From: Utricularia gibba
Lineage: Eukaryota > Plantae > Magnoliophyta
Length of the DNA: 64,000 nt
Reading direction: 5' to 3'
NCBI GenBank assembly: GCA_002189035.1
Contig: CM007991.1
Location: 3,720,001-3,784,000 of the forward strand
Shown: piece by piece, positions 33,584-43,711 of the stretch
Layout of the letters: every line of letters begins with the position of its first letter
How positions within the stretch are numbered: the stretch's first letter is position 1
Made by a program: the position numbers and the translations under genes
Notes under the pieces: model-generated
Seen by the model: only the letters and a program-made list of their open reading frames with translations
Database searches by the model: none
What the model was told of the DNA's origin: nothing

Positions 33584-36477
33584 ATGGAGTGCATCTACAA
33601 GGACCCGAATGCTCCAATCGAGGCTCGAGTTCAGGATCTTCTCTCTAGGATGACCCTTCAAGAAAAAATTGGCCAGATGACTCAGATAGAGCGCCGTGTC
33701 GCCACCATTCGAGCCGTCAGAGACCTCTCCATTGGTCTGTTTCTGCCCTCTGGTGTATGGGATATATTTTCTGCCAGGGCTTCGACCCATGAAGATTTCA
33801 TTTTTAGTCCAAATCATAATCCTTTTATCCGATCCTAAAATGCGAAATTTAGCATCTGATTCGGTTTTCAATTATGGCATCCTAAAAAGTTAATTTATTT
33901 GTACGAAATTTGTTTCAGTGTTCGATTGATTGGTATATATCTTCGTGGATTGGCCCAGGTAGCATTCTAAGTGTTGGTGGAAGTGGTCCTTTTGAGAATG
34001 CAAGGAGCTCAGATTGGGCTGCTATGGTGGATGGATTTCAGAGGGTTGCACTGTCTTCCAGGCTTGGGATTCCCCTGCTGTATGCTGTTGATGCCGTTCA
34101 TGGAAATAATAATGTGTATGGTGCTACTATTTTCCCCCACAACATAGGCCTTGGAGCTACCAGGTTGATTTCTGGAACTTATAGAGTTATCCTGTTTGAA
34201 TGATCATCAGTTGATACTAACATAATCTTTCTTCTAGAGATCCTGACTTGATTCGAAGGATTGGTGCTGCTACCGCACTTGAAGTAAGGGCAAGCGGAAT
34301 TCACTACACATTTGCTCCATGTGTTGCTGTGAGTTTTGGCTTCCATCAATTCTTGATGAATATATAATGTTCATTACCTTTGCAGTAAAGATGTAATTGA
34401 GTTGTGTTCATGGCCCTCAATGCTACTTGGTGGCTTTTTGGAACCACATGTGCTTAATTTATGTTCTCTGTTTTATCAAATCCAACTCGAAATATTTTTG
34501 GAAACAAGATGTTTTGTGCTTGTGGCTATTAATCGATTAAAATTTTTACTGACGGCCTGTTTGTAACAGGTCTGCAAAGACCCTAGATGGGGAAGAAGCT
34601 ATGAGAGTTTCAGTGAAGACACTGAGCTTGTTAAGATGATGACCTGCATCATAAGTGGCTTGCAGGGAGAGCCATCTCGAGGAAACTCTAGGGGTTATCC
34701 CTTTGTTGCATCAAGGTGTGTGCATCTATGTAAGCTAATGTCATTATTCTTGGGTATTAGATCCTTGATATATTTGGAGCTCTATGATTTTATTCTGGAT
34801 GCTTCATTTATATTTTAATTCACGATTCCCCAACCTCAAAACCTACTGAATGTCAACAGCAGGGAGAATGTTGTAGCCTGTGCAAAGCATTTTGTAGGAG
34901 ATGGTGGCACAAGTAATGGTATAAATGAGGGAGATACACCATTATTATACAGTGATCTAGAAAAGATTCATTTGGCTCCATACCTTGACTGTATTTCTCA
35001 GGGTGTTTGTACGATCATGGCTTCCTACTCTAGTTGGAGAGGAACCCAGTTGCACACTAGTTATTTTCTTCTCACAGAACTCCTGAAAAATAAGCTTGGA
35101 TTTAAGGTGAAATGGGCCAAACATTCGCTTCTCTTCCTTCTATTTCTGTGTGAAGTTTCAGCATGTTATTTGAGAACAGAATTCAATTACTTCTGCAAGA
35201 ATGAAATGATTTAGACTTCTGAGTTCAAAGTAATTTCTTTGTAGGGATTTATCATTTCTGATTCTGAAGCCCTGGATAGGCTTCATAGCCCCTTTGGGTC
35301 TAACTATGTTCAGAGTATTCTTTTGGCAATCAACGCAGGAGTTGATATGGTGAAACTGATTGTTTTACACAGAAGCTGCAAATGAATAATGTAAAGAAAA
35401 ATTTTATATGTTTTCAGTTTTGCATGTCAACAGGTAATGGTGCCATTTCGGTACCAACTGTTTATGGAAGGTCTGACACATTTGGTTGAATCGGGAAGAA
35501 TTCCAATATCCAGAATTGATGATGCAGTTGAAAGAATTCTGCGAGTGAAGTTTGCTTCTGGTCTCTTTGAGCACCCACTTAGTGATGGAACTTTGCTGGA
35601 TAAAGTTAGATGTGAGGTGAACTTGAATTATGGTTAGATTACATGTCTTTCAGGCAGAGAATAAAACTCACAATATTTCGAAGTTGACAAAGACATGGCA
35701 TGTTCTACCCTCCACAGCCGCATATGAATTTGGCTCGAGAAGCTGTGCGCAAGTCATTGGTCTTGTTAAAAAATGGCAAGGACTCACGGATCCCATTTCT
35801 TCCTTTGGACAAAAATGCTAAAAGAATTCTCGTGGCTGGAACACATGCTGATAATCTGGGATATCAGTGTGGTGGTTGGACAAAGACTTGGGATGGGAGA
35901 AGTGGCAGGATAACCTCAGGTAGCTTCTCTTCTAAAAATCCTTCTGTTTTACTTTTTAGATTATATTATAGCGGGGGTGATTCTGTGATCTTGTGCAGGC
36001 AGTACAATATTAGATGCGATCAAAGAAGTTGTTTCTGACAATACAGAGATCATATATGATGAAAATCCATCAGCAAGCAAGTTGGACAACGAATACTCTT
36101 TTGCAATCATCGTTGTGGGGGAATGTCCATATGCGGAAACAGGGGGTGACAGCAAAGATCTTAGAATTCATTTAGATGGAGATGAAATAATAGCCAAGGT
36201 GGCTGAGAAAGTTCCTTCTTTGGTAATTCTGATATCCGGGAGGCCCCTGGCTTTACAGCCATGCCTTATAGAAAAAATGGACGCCCTTGTTGCTGCTTGG
36301 CTACCTGGTAGTGAAGGTGGAGGAATTACTGATGTAATCTTCGGAGATTATGAGTTCCACGGGAAGCTTCCCATGTCCTGGTTTAAAAATGTCGAGCAGT
36401 TGCCCATGAATGCAGATGATGCGTCTTATGATCCTCTCTACCCATTAGGATTTGGCTTGAAGAGTAAAGCAACCTGA
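33584..36477 (+). CDS. Glycoside hydrolase family 3 beta-glucosidase / exo-glucanase without signal peptide
   Basis: Nine exons. [91 protein letters not shown] (nucleophile Asp), PYAETGGD (acid/base Glu). Confidence 0.95.
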
Positions 36478-37674
36478 TCTAAAACAAGTGTATTGCCAGG
36501 TATTGTGTAGATATCTTAATGAAATAGAAATGTGTGGGAACAAGATGTATTACAGATCAGCTTCTGCCTTCCTGCCTGACAGTAATTTGATGCACTGACA
36601 CTTTTACTACTAAGTATCAGTGATTACAGCAATAAATTGTCATTTCTGGTAAATGAACCCGGAATACTTCTTGCTCAAAGAAGCTGGTTTTGCGCATTAT
36701 TCCTCTGGCTTGCGTTTTTCCAAAGGTGAACGAAGCCTTAATTTTTCATCAATAAGTTGCAGAATCGGAATCATCCTTAGAACAGAGAGATGAGCCAATA
36801 GCACAACCTAAAGCTCTGGTGCTCTAACCAGAAATGTGGTTCTAGTTATTGGAATAAAGTGATACGGGTTGCTTTCACTCCTACTTGCATCAAATTCTGC
36901 TTCCCTTTACTTCAGTGGGGCTGGGTTTTTCTTTTCACCAGGACAATACTTTCCAGTAAATTGGAACATTCCTGTAATTATCTTTGTTGTCTGATTTGCT
37001 GTGTAATGTAGTGCTAGTGAATATACAGCAGCAGGGTGCTGTCATTGTGGTACATGCCTTTAGAATTTTACCTGGTGGAATAATTTTCATTGTGCACTTC
37101 AATTATTGCTGTCATTCTCTGGTGCAGACGCTTTAAGCCATGTGTGGAATCTCTTAAACAGTGATTAAAGTCTCGATTCAAGCACACCTGGAACAGTTCA
37201 ATCTTTTGGAAATGTCACTTAGATTCCCCCATTTAACAAAAAGCAGACAATTTCAGACAAGCATGTGTTAAAGACAGCCATGGAATTAGTGATTTAAGTA
37301 GCTTGATATTGGCAAGCGAAGCCTTGAAATGTAGCTTTCCTGTTTTCTGCGTCTTCCTGGACGGCCTGAGTGGATGGCCAACGACCATTACAGAGGACTT
37401 CTCCGATTAGGACTCAACGGAACAACAGCTTGGAATTTTCACAATGACCAAGAGGCAAGGTTTTGCCTTTGTCATGAACTGAGACAGTAGATCAGAGCAC
37501 AGAAGCCAAGGCTGGAGAGAATTCCATTTCCTTCACTTGATGATTAACTTGCTTGCTTCGAGTAGATGAGGGACCATGAAGTGGTTTACCAGAATCCCCA
37601 ATCAACGTATTCACAGAAGAAAGATGAAGAAAGGCAGAGAACAACTCTAAGCTTCTGTGGGAGTGATCCCATTT

Positions 37675-38660
37675 TCATGCATTGGGGTAATGAAAGCCAG
37701 ATTGCATCTGCTGCAGACCATGGGCTGCAGAAATGGATTCTTGAGCAGGAACTTGTTGACAGTAGGATGAGTTAGCTTCCATTGGTGATGAGGAGAAGAT
37801 GATGTCACTATTAGGAGGATGCTGACAACCAAACCCCATCAAGAGTTCGTTGTTAGTGTTGTTCCACTCGAAGAATGGAAAGTCTGGCTGCGCTTCCGGT
37901 GACGGCACCGGCGATCTGTTCTTGTTTTCCGGTGGAGATGGCTCAGGTTCAAGGTTCAAAGTTGTTATATCATGAATGCTTGCTCTTTTCTTATCCTTGC
38001 CGCCGTTTAACTGGCGGATGAAATACTTCTGCGCATGGCTGGCTACCTGCGTCGGCGTTCTTGTTATCACCATGTTTCTTGATATGTTTCTCCAGTCACC
38101 TTTTCCATACTTCTTCAGCCCCATCAGGAAGAGTCTGTAAAAGAAACACAGGAGTGGAGCTCAGCATTTACTGTGAATGATGGGTCTGCAAAAGAAACAG
38201 GGAAACTTATACCTGTGCTCCTCTTCACTCCAAGGGATACCCTTTTTCCGTTCATGATCGGACGACCGGGAACCAGTCGATCTACGGACGGCGGAAGACG
38301 GTTTACAGCCGGTGGAGTCTGCAGCACCGACAGTGGCGCCGCCCCATTCGAGCATAAACGGGGTAGTAGTAGCTGTAGTAGAAGAAGAAGAAGAAGTGGA
38401 GGTGTAGCCAGGGAGAGGAACAAGTCCTGCTTCTATACTGCTTACATCATATTCTAATTCCTTGTACCGCCTAATGACATCGCCGACAGTTTTCCCGGGA
38501 ACCATGGCGGCGACTTTCTGCCACCTGTCCGGCGTACTCTCATCAAAGACAGCGAGGGCATTTTCAAACACCTTGTTCTCTGCAGCGGTCCATAAGGTAC
38601 TCCGGTGGGCGTCCCGGCGACCCAAGTAGCGAAACAGGAAGTTGGTGATAAAACCTCCAT
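37675..38660 (-). CDS. R-R-type (DIVARICATA-like) MYB transcription factor; one -1 frameshift near the start
   Basis: ATG 38660 gives MEVLSPTS (DIV-type start), then [18 protein letters not shown]...[26 protein letters not shown]|[20 protein letters not shown] and SHAQKYF. Intron 38212-38135. One extra base at the C run 38613-38615 joins the ATG to the domain frame. Confidence 0.93.
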
Positions 38661-39391
38661 CTCCCAACTCATAACAAAAAAGAAAGAGAACTGGCGCAAA
38701 TCAAAGAAAAGGAGAACTCCTAAAAGAGAAAGCAGTGAAGCACAGAAGTGGTAAGAGGAGCAGGACGAAGGATAAATTAAGAAGCATCTAGTTTATGTAG
38801 GAATCAGAACAGAAGAGCATAGCTTTTCTTTCTTTCCTTCTTTCTTTCTTCATCACTTCTCTCAGCTCGAGGAATCTGGGAAAGACCCCACATCTCTGTT
38901 CTTCACAACACGGCAGCAGCAATAATTTGTTGGAAAGGGATTAGAAAAACACACAGTAACTCAAAAGAAGCAGGAGCCAATGGGAATTGAATACACACTT
39001 TCTTTCCTTCCATTAATTATCACATCATCTGAAATCAGAACAGGCGCCCCAAACGGCCCACGTGATGCAAGCAAGCAAAACAAAACAAAGCTCTACAGAA
39101 AATGGCCGAAGAATAAAAAAGAACAGATGCAGACTACTGATAAGCCTGGAGGGTTCCAAGAAGCAAGTAGTACAAGCAGAGGGGAGCCATGGCGGTGGGA
39201 AAAGTTACTGCTTTATCCAACTTTTTAACTTGGAAACCCCATAAAAAGTAAACCAAAGCCAAACCCTTTCCAAAGACAACCCAAAAAAGTTGTGGAAGAG
39301 ACACTTTTAGGGTTATGCAAATTCATGATCCAGGTTCTGGTAACCACAGCATGTCACCAGGATCTGAACAAACTTACCGTCCTCAAAAACC

Positions 39392-40080
39392 GAAAAAATT
39401 AGTGAAATACATCTTTATGTATTTTTTATTTGCAAAATACATCCTTTTGTATTGAGTTAGTAAAATACATCATTTTACATTAATTGCACCGGTCGACACT
39501 CGCCGCTGATCTCCGCCTTGTAATACTGAATCAAATCTCGGAGTTGGCTCACTTTCGTGAAGTAATGCACACCGTAGACTTCGACTGACGGGTGCCTCTA
39601 CGGCCCCCAAAGTTGAGAGAACTCCAGAGGAACATTTCGTGGGTCATCCCAAAAACCAATAGATTGCACGGCGGCGGGCGTCGCCGGAGAACTTCGGCGG
39701 TGTACCTCACTTCCGAAGCAGACATACGGCTACTGACAGCGGTGAAATTCTACGACGCATAGTATAAAAGGGCATGGGCAACAGATCCAGGAAGCGACGA
39801 ATCATCTCGTATGACGGACGTCGCAGGTCTGGCTTAAACATAAAGCCTGGCCGAAGAAGATGATAACCTTCAGCACCGCGTGGTGCTAGGCGGCAATGGT
39901 GGGGCCATATTTCTGGACCGGCGGGTGAATGACGATGAACTTGGCGGACTTCATTCCAAATGCGACGGAGTCAACAGCAATCGCAGTCGATTTAGTAAAA
40001 TTATGTATTTTACTAACTTAATACAATAAGATATATTTTGCAAACAAAAAATGCAAAAAGATGTATATCACCAACTCAGC
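39392..40080. mobile_element. Non-autonomous Mutator-like element carrying a host gene fragment (Pack-MULE)
   Basis: TIRs 39392-39478 and 39995-40080; the 80-bp ungapped core (39399-39478 vs reverse complement of 39995-40074) matches at 70/80 by hand count. Identical 11-bp flanks CCTCAAAAACC at 39381-39391 and 40081-40091. No transposase inside. Confidence 0.88.
39483..39954 (-). pseudogene. Captured IRX15/IRX15-L (DUF579) 5' fragment
   Basis: MKSAKFIVIHPPVQK...YAS*NF...[43 protein letters not shown], then a frameshifted deletion, then EVYGVHYFTKVSQLRDL...ECRPVQ. This matches IRX15 motifs [31 protein letters not shown] and ECRPVQ. TAG at 39886-39888 and 39750-39752. Confidence 0.88.
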
Positions 40081-42516
40081 CCTCAAAAACCTGCATAGCT
40101 CATAAATATGGGTACGCAGAGCTTCTCTTTTGGCGCTAGTGGAGGGAGGGCTTGCACGTGTAGGCGGATGCGGTGGAGGAAGATAAGTGGCTGGTGGTGA
40201 CAGTAAAATCCGACCGGGCAGGTCCCTACTGGCGCGACCAACCACCACATCGCCACTTCATTTATGCGGAGTTCCGGTCCCTGTTTTAGGGTTTTGTTTC
40301 TAAAATGGCTAATTGTAAAGAAACATTCCTCTCTCTCTTTTTCTCCCCAACTATATTTTAAAAAAATTCTAGAAAATCACTTTTTAAAAAGTGGCTTTAA
40401 TAAAATAAATTCTAAAAAATAAAAATAGTTTCTAAATTTTTTAACAGAATTTATTCATATTTTTTAAAAAAAATATTTCAAATTTTTATTTTCAAACACA
40501 CAAAATGTTCCAAAAATAATCTATATTTCTTTCGGACAACATCTACTTTAACACTCACTCAATCTAATTACACACATTAGGCTTTTAACCCTACATTTCA
40601 AGAGAAGGTCAATGCAGGTTAGTTATTCATCCCACTATGTGTTAGTAGTCCATGGAGAAAAGAATACATAGAATAATCACATGTTTTCCTCAAGAGAAAA
40701 TGCAATATTCAGACAAAAGTAAATAATATAGTTCAAAAAGAAGGATGATTGTAATAATTAGTATCAAAACCAAATTCCACCAACCAACAATTGTTGGTGA
40801 GACAAAGCTAAGTGGGGTAATTTGGAATACTGCTAATTTCTCTTTTATACATTAAGATAAAAAAATTTACACACTCTGATGATCTGATTAGGTTTTATTT
40901 GAAATAATAATTTTTTTTGAAAAAAATAATATAAAAGCATTTTTAATAGTAAAAAATTTGATTCTTTTTACATTCCAAAAACATTAAAAATTTATTTTTA
41001 AGAATAATAAATTAAAATATTACTTTATTAAATAATATTTATTAAAAAATGTTTTTAATAAAAGAAAGACAAGGTGGGCATGGGACCGGACCCTCCCCTA
41101 AGACTTCCTGCGGCGTCTTTTAAACATGAGGCTGCAGCTATTGACCAACATACGACGACAAAATATGCACCCAGGAAAATTAAATTCCAATAAAATAAAA
41201 TTATAATATGGTAAAAAAATGTTGTTTTAATTTATGGCACATGGAACATGTTCTGGTGCTACCTGTACTTTTATTTATTACATTACACCAGCTAGCCGTA
41301 CAGAGAGCCCGAATGTCTGAAACTATTATCTTCGGTTGCCCCTACACTTGTCGATAGGGGCACCGCATACGCCAAACACACAGACAGGCAGGCAGGCGCC
41401 CCCTAAAGGCAACCAATTCCCAATCACCTGAAAATTTCAATGGCGTGGAAATCGAGAACAGGAATTCATCGCCGGCTGCTTTTCAACTGGGCCGGGCCGG
41501 ATAACCAACCAATGCAAAAGGGAGGCCTAAATTGAGATGAGGAGGAGAGGATGTCCACCCAATTGCTAGTTTTCATATGGTTTATAAAACCTTATATTTT
41601 GTTTATGAGATTATAAATTATAACATGTTTAGTTGATGGGTTTAAATAATTATGGGATTGGATAGGTTTAAATAAATGAGGAATTATACAGGGTTTTTTT
41701 TAATCACATGTATCTTAGTTCATTTAAAACTACACCCTTATTTTATTTTACTTAAAACCACTTAATCTCATTTATAATCTCAACAACTAAATGTTATTTA
41801 AAAAAGTAATTACAATATATTGACTTTATTTAAACGCAAATAAGCTAAACTTGTTTTATTTCATTCTCATCAACCAAATATTATCTAAATTAGATTTGGT
41901 ACACTTTGTATTTAGCATTACATCACATATATATCAAAGGTATTGTCATTTTAAATACACATTTATAAAATTTACATTCACACACAGTTTCAATTTTTTT
42001 CAATTGATGTGTATTTATGAAACACAAATAATTTAAATATATCATTAACTAAATAGCCTAATCAAATATTTATTTTTTAAAAAAACACAAAAATTTAAAA
42101 GTTTTATTATTTTTAAGAAAGTATATAAACCTGAGTTTCATTTTATTAGAATCATTTATCAAAAACTAATTTTCAAGAACAAGAACCTTACTTACACATG
42201 TTTTATACCAACAAATTTTGTTTGAAAAAGAATTTCAATGAAAAAAATGATTCATTTTTTTAATAAACTACGAATCTTCAATTCTTAGTTCATCAAAAAT
42301 AAATTTCAATAACAATGTTAATAGACAGAACCAAAACATAACAAGACACACTCACATGTGAAATGAAAGGAGGGAGCATCCGTACACAAACAAATTTTCA
42401 AGTCATGGATATTGATCATGATCGTGGAATGAGGTTAACGATTGACACAGCGCACAAGATCATTGCAGAATGAAGAACTGTTGAGTACCAGTAAAATTCT
42501 CTCTGATTTGCGATAA

Positions 42517-43270
42517 TCAGTTGCTCCGACTGGGCTTATCGGTGATATATTGAACCTAAGCAGACCCGGAAATGAATCAAACATCTGGTGAGCAAACAAA
42601 AATTGACTGAAAAGGAATGGAAATGTTGTAAAAGACACCTTGTCAGCAGCCGCAGGAATCCAGTCGTTGGTCGCCGGATTTCCCCTGCAAGAGGGGTGGC
42701 ATTCACAAGCCAGATCCGATGACAGTGCTAAGCAATCGCCGTTTTTAACATCAGCAGCTATGAAACCAGTTCCCGTCTACGCCAATTTCCAAGAGAAGAT
42801 AAAAATAAAGTGATATCGGGAGCTACAATCAAAAGAATCGCCGCAAAGTCAAGAAATATACCGTGTGATGCTGTTTGTCGATCCGGATGAGATCTGTATA
42901 ATATTCCGTTTCGGAGAATTCTTCAGTAGGTTTGCTTCCTTTGAAGATCAGTTTCTAGAATTGTAACAAAAGATGAATGAACTAAACTGCCGACCATCAG
43001 ATCTAATCAGGAATTGAGGTAGGTGAAGAAGGATAGATCAATTTTAACCTCGTTTTCCTGCTCCTCCAGGTGCTGAAAATGAAGGTACTCGGGAATGATG
43101 TGGTCTCCAGAAAGAGCGTCGTCATAAGAGGAAGAGTACTCGCTGCGCTGAGGCTTCGTATGTCGTTTCGGCGCCGCCTCATCGAAGTAGTGGCGTGTGG
43201 CCGCTTCGACTTCCGCCGCCACCTCTGCGCTCAAATGGACGTCGCTCCGATTGGGCTTCGAGGTCTCCAT
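42517..43270 (-). CDS. MEE59: MEE59 (maternal effect embryo arrest 59)-like protein
   Basis: Exons 43270-43049, 42954-42862, 42776-42639 and 42555-42517, all phase 0. KPNRSDVHLS, APKRHTKPQRSEYSS, EEFSETEYY.DL..IDKQHHT|TGTGFI, GNPATNDWIP, KPSRSN. Confidence 0.88.
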
Positions 43271-43711
43271 CGCAGAAGGCTTCAGTCGTATCCAGGAACC
43301 GCGTTTGTTGAGGAGGCACAAAGAGATATTTTTGGTACCACTTGCCAATGAGATATTTTTGGTCATACATCTAGGTTCGGTAAAGAAATTTCTTTTCTAT
43401 ATTCATTTTATGGTAATATAATATTAAACTTAAATCAATCATTATTAATTGCTTAATCGTTTATTAGGAAGATGCCCTGGTCGCGATCCGTTGGTTTCTT
43501 GGCGCCGAACAACATGGCATCATGGATAAGTTTTCCGGCAATGCAATCTTTCTGATGCATACTTTTTCAAGCTATATATGGATCCCCTCGCAGATGAGGA
43601 TTGACGAGAGTGTCCTTTCAGTGATTTCATTACAAGATTTCTTGTGTTTCTCCAGCGCGCGTTGGAGCCAGAAAGCCGCTATCTCATATCGCTTTTGCAA
43701 CTGAGTTGAAC

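Noticed and set aside
40018-40248. 76-aa minus-strand ORF
   Set aside because: It runs across the TSD into the MULE TIR, so it is a chance junction ORF with no family motif.
41333-41365. Hairpin as a Helitron 3' terminus
   Set aside because: No CTRR about 10-12 nt downstream on either strand; the nearest CTAG is ~40 nt away.
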